From Candidatus Thorarchaeota archaeon (GTDB taxonomy: Archaea > Asgardarchaeota > Thorarchaeia > Thorarchaeales > Thorarchaeaceae): a DNA stretch of 64,000 nucleotides. Location of the stretch: the NCBI GenBank assembly GCA_046758445.1, contig JBHIAE010000001.1, positions 96,001-160,000 of the forward strand. The letters run 5' to 3'. The notes below the pieces were generated by a model. It was not told the origin of the DNA. It was given only the letters and a program-made list of their open reading frames with translations, and did no database searches. The number at the start of each line of letters is the position of its first letter. The first letter of the stretch is position 1. The translations under genes and the position numbers were made by a program. Below, in pieces: positions 40,003 to 49,466 of the stretch.

Positions 40003-40314
40003 ATGGCGGAAACACTCGAAGTCAGCGAGAATGCGACCATATCTCAGATTGGAAAGGCACTCTCAAGCCCCACGCGGCTGAAGATCCTGCAACTGCTTCT
40101 GAAGGAGGAGCTCGATGTGACGTGTATCGCCCGGGCACTCAGAATGACAGACGCCAACGCCAGTGCTCAGGTCAAGATACTTCTTGACTCGGGTCTTCTG
40201 GAGTGTCGCTATGAGCCCGGAATGCATGGCCTCAAGAAGCTGTGTCGCAATCATGTTGACTCTGGCTCCCACATTATTCATCATCTGGAGCTCGTTGTGA
40301 GTCGTACAGGCTAA
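40003..40314 (+). CDS. ArsR-family HTH regulator
   Basis: IGKALSSPTRLKILQLL...ASAQVKILLDSGLL. Confidence 0.8.
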   Translation: MAETLEVSENATISQIGKALSSPTRLKILQLLLKEELDVTCIARALRMTDANASAQVKILLDSGLLECRYEPGMHGLKKLCRNHVDSGSHIIHHLELVVSRTG

Positions 40315-40387
40315 TGTGCTCCCGCCACAACAGAGGCGTGTGACACAGAACCGCTGCTGTGCGGGGGCTTTGGTCTTCCACCTATGA

Positions 40388-40849
40388 CTAGGCTGTTAGG
40401 AGATTGTACCCACTACGTCTGACAGTGGGCTTACTGGTGTGGTCACTGTGCAACGGGTCGGCTTCTTGAGATATCTCTCGTAGAGAAACACCGGAGGCCT
40501 CCTTTCCAGTGAACGTATCATAGGTCCTTCCTAGGAGTGCGATCTCCACGGGAAGAACAAAGAGTAGAAGGCCAGGAAGGAGGAATAATGGAAGCATAAG
40601 GATGACAGCTCCCGATAGACCAAGCGCAGTGAGCGAGTACCTACGAAGAGTTTCACCTTCGATTTCAAGTTTAGAAACAATCTCTATCTGGCGTTCTCTA
40701 GGGGAAACTCCTGTATATGGTACCACCAGTTTGTAGTCGCTGTGGAAGGCCTCTAGTTGAAGCTGGGTTCTATATTGAAGCTCGCTTTGAGTCATCCTAA
40801 TTCGGAAGAACATAGGTCCAAATGCATATGTAATCGTGGTAGTCAGCAA
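40388..40849 (-). CDS. Hypothetical membrane protein
   Basis: Hydrophobic hairpin; start uncertain. Confidence 0.45.
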   Translation of the reverse strand: MLTTTITYAFGPMFFRIRMTQSELQYRTQLQLEAFHSDYKLVVPYTGVSPRERQIEIVSKLEIEGETLRRYSLTALGLSGAVILMLPLFLLPGLLLFVLPVEIALLGRTYDTFTGKEASGVSLREISQEADPLHSDHTSKPTVRRSGYNLLTA

Positions 40850-41031
40850 GTGCGGAATTTCCCCACTGACTAACTCTTCAGCGCACTTTTCTGAATCGAC
40901 CGTTGCGGATTTGGTACGTCTGAGAATGTTGCGTCAAACAGACCTCTTATGTCCTAAAGCTGGTATTTCAAGTCGGGATAGCAAACGGCGGACGATGCAG
41001 GATGTGATTGATGCGTTGAGGGATATCCTTA

Positions 41032-41059
41032 TTATGCAAGCAAGTACTTGCTTGCATAA
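41032..41059. promoter_or_regulatory. Perfect 28-bp palindrome, putative TetR operator
   Basis: TTATGCAAGCAAGT|ACTTGCTTGCATAA abuts the TetR ATG at 41060. Confidence 0.8.
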
Positions 41060-41683
41060 ATGAAATCCGTCGAGATGAGAGTCCTTGAAGCGACCAAGAA
41101 CCTCTTGGTGAAACACGGCTACAAGGGCACAACCACTAGGAGAATAGCACAGAACGCTGGTGTAAATGAGGTCACTCTATTCAGGAAGTACAATTCTAAG
41201 GACGGACTGCTTGGGGCGGCATTGGTCGATGTTGAGGCAAATGCATTGGCGTCCTTTGAGTCCGTGTTTGATACAAACAAGGACACGTACCTTGACACTT
41301 CACTCCGGACAATAGGCCTGAACCTTATTCAATTTGCAAGAGATGAACAAGATCTGATGATTCTTCAGTTTGCCGAAGGACTCAGAATGCCTTCCGTGGC
41401 AGACTCACTATCTTCTGTCCCTCAAAGAATACTGACACATCTGACCGAGTACTTTGAAGAGCAAATAAGGAGAGGTAAGATACGCCAAATAGAACCGAAG
41501 ATAGCAGCATTGGTCTTCATGAGCTTCATTTCTTACAGCCACATCGCGCGATTGCTTCTTGGCGATGAATTCATCGAAGATCACGAGAAGAGCTTGGACG
41601 ACTTTCTCGACGTTTTCACTGGGGGCATACTCGAATCCGATGACTTCGCTCGAAACATCAATGCCCTCGAAACTCGTAAGTAA
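41060..41683 (+). CDS. TetR/AcrR-family regulator
   Basis: GYKGTTTRRIAQNAGVNEVTLFRKYNSKDGL. Confidence 0.93.
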   Translation: MKSVEMRVLEATKNLLVKHGYKGTTTRRIAQNAGVNEVTLFRKYNSKDGLLGAALVDVEANALASFESVFDTNKDTYLDTSLRTIGLNLIQFARDEQDLMILQFAEGLRMPSVADSLSSVPQRILTHLTEYFEEQIRRGKIRQIEPKIAALVFMSFISYSHIARLLLGDEFIEDHEKSLDDFLDVFTGGILESDDFARNINALETRK

Positions 41684-41692
41684 TCGTAGTAG

Positions 41693-43255
41693 GTGTCATC
41701 GATAGGAAGCCCAGAAACCCACAGTATTAGCTCCAAGACACATATGCTGAGAATAGTGACCCAGAACCGGGTTTCAAGACGCTTGTTGAAGGGAATTGTG
41801 AATAAGTGTCGGGCTTGCGGAGACTCTCGCCTGAATGTGGCTCTTGAGCTGATTGCCGAGATAAGAAAGGGCTCTTGTCTATCTTGTAGGCTTGTAACCG
41901 CTGTCATTCGGAGAGTGATATCCATTGGATCATCAGCCTTTGGTGCAGATTCGCGATTTGTGATCAAGGGTTTCTCAGACCCGATCTTTCGAAAGTCGCT
42001 TTCAGGCGTAATATCGGGTCTTGCCAGATTTGGAGCTAGAACCCCATTCGTGCCCGGTGCACCCTTCCAAGTCGTCTGGAATGTGACCAGAGAATGCAAC
42101 TTGAAATGTAAACACTGCTACGAAGAGGCGGGTGGCGAAACTCGTGATGAAATGTCGACCAATATTGCACTGAAGTGCATCGACAAGTTGGCTGACGCTG
42201 GGGTTGTCTTCTTGGCATTCTCTGGAGGCGAGCCTACTCTGCGGCGTGATATTCGTACTTTGATTAGACGTGCAACTGATAGAGGGATCTACGTTGCCCT
42301 AGCTACGAATGGTACAACACTCTCAAGGCCACAGAGAGTGAGAGAGCTCAAGGAGGCGGGATTGAGGTTCGTACAGATAAGCCTCGATGGGGCCACAGAA
42401 GAAACGCACGACAGCTTCAGAGGCGTACCCGGTGCTTTCAGAAAGACCATCAGTGGAATCGAAAACTGCGTCGCTGAGAACCTGTTCGTCGAAGTGGCAA
42501 TGACAATCACACGTCACAACCTTGCCGAACTCTCCAGCACAGTGCAATTGGCCAGAAGTCTTCGTGTCAAGTGGTTCATGATCTATAACTTCGTACCAGT
42601 AGGACGCGGGCTTGCGATGCTCGAGGCGGACTTGACCCCACTCGAGAGAGAGAAGATGCTCCACGAGATCATGGATATGATTGTAATTAGGAGTGATCCT
42701 GAACAAACGGAAGTGCTTACAACTGCACCTCAGCTCGGTCGTGTGGCCCGGATGGCAAGCATTGAGAGGTGTTCTCCCTCTTGTGAAACTTCTGATGAAG
42801 TGTATCCCACACACTTCTTCAATGCTCGACTCCCCATACAGATGCGAGAGCTCTCCAAGTTCATTGGAGGTTGTGGAGCTGGTCGGTTCTACTTGGCAAT
42901 CGAACCAAATGGTGATGTCTACCCCTGCGTCTTCTTTCCCCATAGCTCCGAGGTCAAGATCGGCAATATCCTCAAAGACGATTTCGAAAGTCTTTGGACC
43001 AACTCTGCTATTCTCAAAGATCTTCGAAACAAGGATCTTCTGAAGGGAGCCTGTGGAGTTTGTGAGAACCGATATGTCTGCGGAGGTTGCAGAGCCAGAG
43101 GATTACAGTATTTCAACGATGTCCATGCCCCTGACCCCGGGTGTGTGAGAAACCTCGAGTTCTGGAAGGCTCTCAAAGTTCGCGAAGAGGTGCATGAAAG
43201 ATTCAGGACTGCAATGCATAGAGTGACGACACGGCCACAACAACGGAGAGGATGA
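41693..43255 (+). CDS. Radical SAM/SPASM protein with Cys-containing N-terminal extension
   Basis: CNLKCKHC; SGGEP; GCGAG...YPC...CGVC...CGGCRARG...DPGC SPASM. Confidence 0.92.
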   Translation: MSSIGSPETHSISSKTHMLRIVTQNRVSRRLLKGIVNKCRACGDSRLNVALELIAEIRKGSCLSCRLVTAVIRRVISIGSSAFGADSRFVIKGFSDPIFRKSLSGVISGLARFGARTPFVPGAPFQVVWNVTRECNLKCKHCYEEAGGETRDEMSTNIALKCIDKLADAGVVFLAFSGGEPTLRRDIRTLIRRATDRGIYVALATNGTTLSRPQRVRELKEAGLRFVQISLDGATEETHDSFRGVPGAFRKTISGIENCVAENLFVEVAMTITRHNLAELSSTVQLARSLRVKWFMIYNFVPVGRGLAMLEADLTPLEREKMLHEIMDMIVIRSDPEQTEVLTTAPQLGRVARMASIERCSPSCETSDEVYPTHFFNARLPIQMRELSKFIGGCGAGRFYLAIEPNGDVYPCVFFPHSSEVKIGNILKDDFESLWTNSAILKDLRNKDLLKGACGVCENRYVCGGCRARGLQYFNDVHAPDPGCVRNLEFWKALKVREEVHERFRTAMHRVTTRPQQRRG

Positions 43256-44658
43256 CAATGAGAGTCCTTCTGGTCGTCCCTAACTCTAAGTGCGATGTGA
43301 GGGAATCTCTTGGTGTCCTAGCTCCTCCGTTGGGCCTTGGATACATTGCAGGGTACATTCGGAAGTACGGTAACCATGAGGTGAAGATACAGGATTCTTT
43401 GCGTGAACGCACAAGTAAAGATGGCTTCCTAAGAGTCCTAGAGGCTTTCTCCCCAGATGTAGTGGGCATAAGTGGACAGGCCACACCCGCAATCTATGAC
43501 GTTTACGCTGCTGCACGGGTAGCAAAGGAGTACAATCCTAGCACTCTCGTGGTAGTCGGAGGGGCTCATGTGACCTTCGAAGACACTCATGTTCTCAATG
43601 ATTGTCCAGAAATAGACATAGTAGTCCGTGGAGAGGGAGAAGCCACTATGAATGAACTACTAGGCGCGAGAGAGAATGGACGTTCACTGGCCGATGTGAG
43701 AGGGATAACGTATCGCCGAGGATCTCACACGATAAGGAATCCAGATATGCCACATCTACAGCCACTAGATAGTCTTCCTCTTCCAGCCTACAATCTCCTC
43801 AACCTTCGGAAGTACTTCGACAGAGGAGTTTCATGGACCTCAATGATTACAAGTAGGGGATGTCCCTACCAGTGTGTATTCTGCTCCTCATCACGAATCG
43901 TAGGGAAGAGATGGCGGGGGAGAAGTCCAGACAACGTAATGAAGGAGGTCCGGCTACTAGAGAATAAGTTTGGTGTAAGAGAGATCGAATTTCTGGATGA
44001 TCTATTCACCTTCAACAAGAACAGAGTCAAAGAGATGTGCGTGCTTTTCAGAAACATCGGAATCAGCTCTGGCTGGACCTGCTCGACACGCGCTGACATC
44101 ATGGCGAGAGATCCGGAGATGGCAGGCTGGCTAAAGGCCGCCGGCTGTCATACGGTATACCTGGGCGCGGAGTCAGGCAGTCAAAGAGTCCTCAACATGA
44201 TGAACAAGGGAATCCGAATCAGCGATATCGTCAAGTCAGTCAGGATTCTGAAGGAAAATGGCCTCAATGTCATTCTGTCATTCATCATTGGCCTTCCGGG
44301 TGAAACGAGAGAAGAGATCAAGGCAACTATCGACTTTGCTTGCAGGCTAGATCCGAGTCTAGCTCAGTTCACAGTGTGCACACCCTTCCCGGGAACTCCT
44401 CTTTACGAAGAGGCACTAGAGAACGGATGGCTGAAGAGCGGAAACTGGACTCGATACTCGGTCTTAGATCCAGTCATGCGCCTTCCTGACTTTCAGAAGA
44501 GGGAGATAAAGAGGTACTTGCATATAGCGTATTTGAGATTCTATGCAAGGCTTAGGTTCTTGTGGCAACAGGTCAAGACAGGCAATCTTCGCATCTTCAG
44601 ATTGATGGCGCAGAATCTGATTAGGTACCTTAGGGAAGGACGTCTGTCTGCAAGGTAA
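43252..44658 (+). CDS. Cobalamin-binding radical SAM protein
   Basis: PPLGLGYIA, VGGAHVT, RGEGE, SRGCPYQCVFC. Confidence 0.93.
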   Translation: MTMRVLLVVPNSKCDVRESLGVLAPPLGLGYIAGYIRKYGNHEVKIQDSLRERTSKDGFLRVLEAFSPDVVGISGQATPAIYDVYAAARVAKEYNPSTLVVVGGAHVTFEDTHVLNDCPEIDIVVRGEGEATMNELLGARENGRSLADVRGITYRRGSHTIRNPDMPHLQPLDSLPLPAYNLLNLRKYFDRGVSWTSMITSRGCPYQCVFCSSSRIVGKRWRGRSPDNVMKEVRLLENKFGVREIEFLDDLFTFNKNRVKEMCVLFRNIGISSGWTCSTRADIMARDPEMAGWLKAAGCHTVYLGAESGSQRVLNMMNKGIRISDIVKSVRILKENGLNVILSFIIGLPGETREEIKATIDFACRLDPSLAQFTVCTPFPGTPLYEEALENGWLKSGNWTRYSVLDPVMRLPDFQKREIKRYLHIAYLRFYARLRFLWQQVKTGNLRIFRLMAQNLIRYLREGRLSAR

Positions 44659-44750
44659 GCCTTTCAAGAATCTTGGTCCCTTCTACAAGCCAACATCATC
44701 AAGTGCCCATTCCTGCATGAATGGCTTTGACGGGTCTTTCAATGACTGTG

Positions 44751-45005
44751 CTAGGCCAACACTCCTCCATGACCTCTGAAGACGGCCTTAGCCCGGTCCA
44801 AGTCAGCTAGATAGAGGGGTTGACGCATGTCGCCAAGGTTAGGTATGCGGCGGCAAAGCTGAAGCTTCCTCAATTGCCTCAAGGCAAAGGAAACTGTGCG
44901 TAGAGGCAGATTCGCTTGCTTGCTGATAACCTTTGGAGGGTGGGGACCCTTCTTGGTCAGAAAGTCAAGCACAATCAGGGCGCTTTTTGGTAGTTCGGGA
45001 GACAT
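44751..45005 (-). CDS. Small winged-helix protein
   Basis: LPKSALIVLDFL...LPLRTVSFALRQL...PNLGDMRQPLY. Confidence 0.75.
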   Translation of the reverse strand: MSPELPKSALIVLDFLTKKGPHPPKVISKQANLPLRTVSFALRQLRKLQLCRRIPNLGDMRQPLYLADLDRAKAVFRGHGGVLA

Positions 45006-45024
45006 ACTCTATCACCAATTCATT

Positions 45025-45510
45025 CTAGATTGTGTATCTGAAAGGAGGGATTACGAAACTCTCGTCGCCAAATGGACTACAATCGGATGGTGGATTCAAC
45101 AACTCAAACATCTCCGTGTCAGGAGTGCTGCTGAAATCTCGGAAAGCTGTCCAAAGGCACTCCTGGCCAATTACATCAAGGGCGAATCCTCTGTCATGCA
45201 ATTTCGCAAGGTACCGTAGGTGGGTGACTGCCTCTTCGAGTAACGCAAGTGTATCGTTTGTTGCATTTGCCTCGATGTCTGTTTCCTCAGTGGTTTCAGC
45301 CTTCACGGCATGAACACGGGTAGGGAAAGATAGCTCCACCTCTATGGTAACCTGATCTGGTGTGTTCAGACGGCGAATTACGAGGATACGGACCCACTCA
45401 GACTGGCACAATATCGATAGTGACTCACCGTTTTCATTGAAGCTTAGCTTATCTTCTGGAACTTCCGAAAGCTTCGAGTATCTTTTGATTAATTCGGAGA
45501 TGGACATCAT
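45025..45510 (-). CDS. Hypothetical protein
   Basis: 161-aa ORF co-oriented with the wHTH gene. Confidence 0.65.
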   Translation of the reverse strand: MMSISELIKRYSKLSEVPEDKLSFNENGESLSILCQSEWVRILVIRRLNTPDQVTIEVELSFPTRVHAVKAETTEETDIEANATNDTLALLEEAVTHLRYLAKLHDRGFALDVIGQECLWTAFRDFSSTPDTEMFELLNPPSDCSPFGDESFVIPPFRYTI

Positions 45511-45697
45511 CTCATTTCACACATAGTATCGTGACTAGAATGGATATCTATTCTCGGGAGTCGGATGATTCAGGATTCTGCGTTAGGACACTAAGAAATC
45601 GAAGAATTCCGAATCCGCGGGTTCGGAAATGTGCAAAAATGGCCTTTGAGCCAGAAGTATGGACCATTCTAGGTAGAAGGCGAAGCTGGACATCCTG

Positions 45698-46264
45698 TCA
45701 GATTATATCCTTGATGACCTGCCGATTCTTGACACTTCCCCAAGCACAGACCTCCAGTCTTAGCCATCTCTCGTAGACGTCATCCACGTCAAGCAGAGTT
45801 GCAAAGTAGAGAGAGAGCACCAAGCCATGTGAAACTACTAGCACTGTGTCAGATTCGATTTCCGATTCTATACTTCGAATGCCTTGTTCGAACCGTCGAA
45901 TCGCGCTTGCTGCCGTCTCCCATCCATGAGCACTGGAGTCTTGATTTCTGAATGCTAGCTGCACCCTTCTGAGATACTCGTTTTGAGATTCAATGTGGCC
46001 ACCAACCCTCTCCAGCTCATTGAATCTGGGTTCTATTATTATCTCTAGACCAAGTTTCACTGCAAAAGGCCGTGCAGTTTCGATGGCCTTGGATTCTGCC
46101 GAAGTTACAACAAGATCCACTTTGTCAAACATACCGCTCGATGCCAGCATCCGCGCAGTCTTTACACCCTCTCTAGTCACATGCCATCTTGACGGAGAGG
46201 TGTCTGGATCAATCCTAGTTTCAGCGTGCCTCAGAAAGTGAATCAAGGTGGCCATCGACATCAC
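45698..46264 (-). CDS. Histidine phosphatase family protein
   Basis: FLRHAET, SAESKAIETA, VVSHG. Confidence 0.88.
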   Translation of the reverse strand: MMSMATLIHFLRHAETRIDPDTSPSRWHVTREGVKTARMLASSGMFDKVDLVVTSAESKAIETARPFAVKLGLEIIIEPRFNELERVGGHIESQNEYLRRVQLAFRNQDSSAHGWETAASAIRRFEQGIRSIESEIESDTVLVVSHGLVLSLYFATLLDVDDVYERWLRLEVCAWGSVKNRQVIKDII

Positions 46265-46335
46265 CTGAATTCTGGCATTGACATAGGCTTTCCCTATCCA
46301 ACGTTGTAGGAAAGCTGGTCAATGAATTGGTACTC

Positions 46336-46920
46336 TCATAGCGCAACAAACTGGCTGGTAGACTTATCCCAGCCTAGCTTCTTGGCCTTCTTGAATGCTT
46401 CACTTGACTCTTTGTAACGTCCCAGAATCCAGAGAAGAAGTCGCAGCTTATTCCATAGATCGGGATTCTCCGGGTCTGCTTTGATCTCCCTACGCACCCC
46501 TTTCTCGATTCTCTTGTAGTCCTCCAGCTCCCTGTCACGTTCATCCACTACAGACTTCAGGACGTTTCGAATGTGGTCCGCAGACCGAATGAACTCATAC
46601 GAGAGGAATTCTCTAGGTGCTCCCCTCACCGCTTCATTGATTGCCGCCTGCGGAGTATCCGAAGCCCTCCACAGCTCACCTTCGACTAGCCGCCTCTCGC
46701 AGCCACCACGCATGAAACCCAATAGTGAGCCAAGATGTATTGTGACCGGATGATCTTCTCCGAGATGCTCTTGGGCCTGTGTCCATTCAAAATAGACAAC
46801 CTCTCGTCCCACAGTATCTAGGACTCTCGGAGTACAGCCAATCTTCTTCAAATCGGTGACTAGATTCTTCACAGTGTACTTTACTCGTTGGACTAGCTTG
46901 GGTGACTTGTTACGTGGCAT
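46336..46920 (-). CDS. TPR-containing protein
   Basis: C-terminal DPENPDLWNKL...LGRYKESSEAFKKA. Confidence 0.75.
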   Translation of the reverse strand: MPRNKSPKLVQRVKYTVKNLVTDLKKIGCTPRVLDTVGREVVYFEWTQAQEHLGEDHPVTIHLGSLLGFMRGGCERRLVEGELWRASDTPQAAINEAVRGAPREFLSYEFIRSADHIRNVLKSVVDERDRELEDYKRIEKGVRREIKADPENPDLWNKLRLLLWILGRYKESSEAFKKAKKLGWDKSTSQFVAL

Positions 46921-47008
46921 ACACCTCGCCCACCAAAACGATATTCACTGTACTTGTGGGCTAAGATAAATCATCTGTAGATGAACAGTACAAATCATTC
47001 TAGGAACT

Positions 47009-47779
47009 TCAGAAGGGCAACTGCCAGAGCATCCACCCGGGTAGAGGGACGAAGAGCCTGACGTAGATTAGTAGAATCACACCTGCAAGGGAAACTAGGA
47101 TTACCCCCCAGTCTCTCTTACGAAACTTGAGTTTCTCCATATACGTGCGGTCCTCGCAGGCACCAAATCCTCTTGACTCCATGCTCTCAGCAACAGAGAG
47201 GGCTCTCCGAATGGACACGATGATCAGTGGGACAATTATCGGTACTATGTTGCGAATTCGTCGTAGAATGTTTCCCTTGTCTAGCTCAACTCCTCGGGCC
47301 TTCTGCGCGTCCATAATGGCATATGCCTCTTGGCCAAGAGTAGGTACATACCTCATTGCCATGCTCATTGCGAATGCAAACTCAAAGCGAACTCGCATTT
47401 GTATCAAAGCTTGTGCAAGCTGGTCTGGGTGAACAGTCAGAAAGAACACTGAGAATGAGGTCATCAGAGCCACAAGCCGGATTGTCAGGGCAATCGAGTG
47501 TGAGAAGGGATTTGCAACGGTAGAGAGAAGTGTATTGAATATGATGATGAAGATTAGGAGATACGAGAGGCCCCTCATACTGCGTGCCCACCTTCGAAGT
47601 GACTTGGCGGCAGCAATCAGTGGGACCAATAGCACCAGGATGATGAGCAACGGTACTATCTCCAAGAACATTAGCGAAACGATAGCCAATACGAGGGAGA
47701 GAAACATCTTGGATCGGGGGTCGAGATTGTGAACTAGACTCTCCTGCCTAGTATATTGAAACACTTCAAGAAAGGACAC
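47009..47779 (-). CDS. ecfT: ECF transporter transmembrane subunit
   Basis: LDPRSK, AQKARG, MESRGF. Confidence 0.93.
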   Translation of the reverse strand: MSFLEVFQYTRQESLVHNLDPRSKMFLSLVLAIVSLMFLEIVPLLIILVLLVPLIAAAKSLRRWARSMRGLSYLLIFIIIFNTLLSTVANPFSHSIALTIRLVALMTSFSVFFLTVHPDQLAQALIQMRVRFEFAFAMSMAMRYVPTLGQEAYAIMDAQKARGVELDKGNILRRIRNIVPIIVPLIIVSIRRALSVAESMESRGFGACEDRTYMEKLKFRKRDWGVILVSLAGVILLIYVRLFVPLPGWMLWQLPF

Positions 47780-47781
47780 GT

Positions 47782-48606
47782 TCAGCCACCCCCAAGGACC
47801 TTAGCAACCGCATCCTCCACCTCTGACAAGAGAAAGAGATGGTCAGATACCTCTGGAATCTTCTCACTGAGCGCCCGAACTGCTAGTGTGAGTTGAGGTG
47901 GAGTGAGAGAACATTCATCCAATACTGGATCATTGCTCAGAACAGAGCTCGTGGGACCATCAGCAACGATTTGACCGTTGGACATAGTCACTGTACGAGG
48001 AAAGTGTTCGGTAACGAACTCAACATCATGTGTCACTACAATCACGGTGCGGCCAAGCTTATTCAATTCCACTAGCATTTCAGCTAGGTTCTCCTTCTGC
48101 TTCGCATCTTGTCCTATCGTTGGTTCATCCAAAGCTAAGACCTGAGGATCAGTTGCAAGGACTGAAGCAAGGGCCACACGCTTTCTTTCACCACCCGACA
48201 GAGCGAATGGAGAACGCTCCGCGAAGCCCTCAAGCCCCAACCTCGCTAGAGTGCGCTCACAACGTGCATCAGCTTCCTCATTGCTGAAGCCGAGGTTGTT
48301 CAGACCGAACACAATCTCTTTTCGCACACTCTCCAAAAACAGCTGATGGTCTGGGTTTTGCCAGACCAGTCCAACCACTCGTGAGAGCTCTGCAATGGAT
48401 TGCTCCCTTGCATCCTTGCCATTTATGAAGACTCTACCAGTCTGAGGTCGAAGTAGACCATTCATGTGTTTTATCAAGGTGGTCTTGCCGGCTCCATTGG
48501 CTCCCATTATTGCGATTCGCTCACCATCATCAATCTGAAGAGATGCGCCGCGAAGGGCCGTGTATATACCATCGTAGGCAAAGTGCAGATTCTCAAGCAG
48601 AATCAT
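47782..48606 (-). CDS. ecfA: ECF transporter ATPase
   Basis: GANGAGKTT, QNPDHQL, LSGGE, LDEPT. Confidence 0.92.
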   Translation of the reverse strand: MILLENLHFAYDGIYTALRGASLQIDDGERIAIMGANGAGKTTLIKHMNGLLRPQTGRVFINGKDAREQSIAELSRVVGLVWQNPDHQLFLESVRKEIVFGLNNLGFSNEEADARCERTLARLGLEGFAERSPFALSGGERKRVALASVLATDPQVLALDEPTIGQDAKQKENLAEMLVELNKLGRTVIVVTHDVEFVTEHFPRTVTMSNGQIVADGPTSSVLSNDPVLDECSLTPPQLTLAVRALSEKIPEVSDHLFLLSEVEDAVAKVLGGG

Positions 48607-49466
48607 TGTGACCTCGCCTCCTGAACGAAAACAGCAAGTTCTTCTCCGGTAAGAGGAACATGCGGCATCTGTATTCCTCGCGACAGCAAGCGCTTATAGA
48701 TCTGAGTTGCTTTTGGAACTCCCACACCGATATCTTCGCACACATCCATGGTTAGGACTTCGCGGGGAGGCCCGTCTGCTACTATACTACCTTTGTCCAT
48801 CAGGATGATTCTGGACGCATCTTTGGAAACGAGATCAAGTCGATGTTCGACGAGAACTACAGTCATACCACTATTCTTGTTTAGGTCAGCAATGATACTA
48901 AGGATTAGTTCCGCGCTGACGGGGTCCAAATTCGATGTGGGTTCGTCCGCAACCAGTACCTTTGGCTTCAGTGCCAGCGTTGCACCCATGGCTACTCGTT
49001 GCTGTTCACCTCCACTCATCTCATGAGGGTGTTTCTCTCTAAGGTAATCTAGGTTGAGGAGATCGATTATCTCCTCTACTCTTCTTCGGACTTCCGTGGG
49101 TTTGACTCCCAGATTCTCAGGACCAAAGGCAAGCTCCCTTTCTACGTTGAGTGTCACCAGTTGGTTGGCCGGATTCTGGAAAACCAGACCAATTGTTGAT
49201 GCAAGCCCAGCAACGGTTGCTTCTCTTGTGTTCTCCCCATCGACTATCACATTACCCGCAATATAGCCACGGTGAAAGTGAGGAACCAGTCCGTTGATTG
49301 TTCTGCAGAGTGTTGTCTTGCCGCATCCAGATGGCCCTGTGATGACTACATATTCCCCATCTTCAATGGTTGTCGTGATCTTCCTTAATGCGAGAGAGTC
49401 CGCTCCTAGGTACTTGAAGCTGAAGTCAGCGAACTCAATCAACGCCACGGATCTGCAGCCTCCCAT
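48603..49466 (-). CDS. ecfA: ECF transporter ATPase
   Basis: GPSGCGKTT, FQNP, MSGGEQQR, ADEPT. Confidence 0.92.
   Translation of the reverse strand: MGGCRSVALIEFADFSFKYLGADSLALRKITTTIEDGEYVVITGPSGCGKTTLCRTINGLVPHFHRGYIAGNVIVDGENTREATVAGLASTIGLVFQNPANQLVTLNVERELAFGPENLGVKPTEVRRRVEEIIDLLNLDYLREKHPHEMSGGEQQRVAMGATLALKPKVLVADEPTSNLDPVSAELILSIIADLNKNSGMTVVLVEHRLDLVSKDASRIILMDKGSIVADGPPREVLTMDVCEDIGVGVPKATQIYKRLLSRGIQMPHVPLTGEELAVFVQEARSQ

Noticed and set aside
27590-40400. Provirus or integrase-bounded element with att sites
   Set aside because: No integrase, capsid, terminase, tRNA target or terminal direct repeat could be seen by eye
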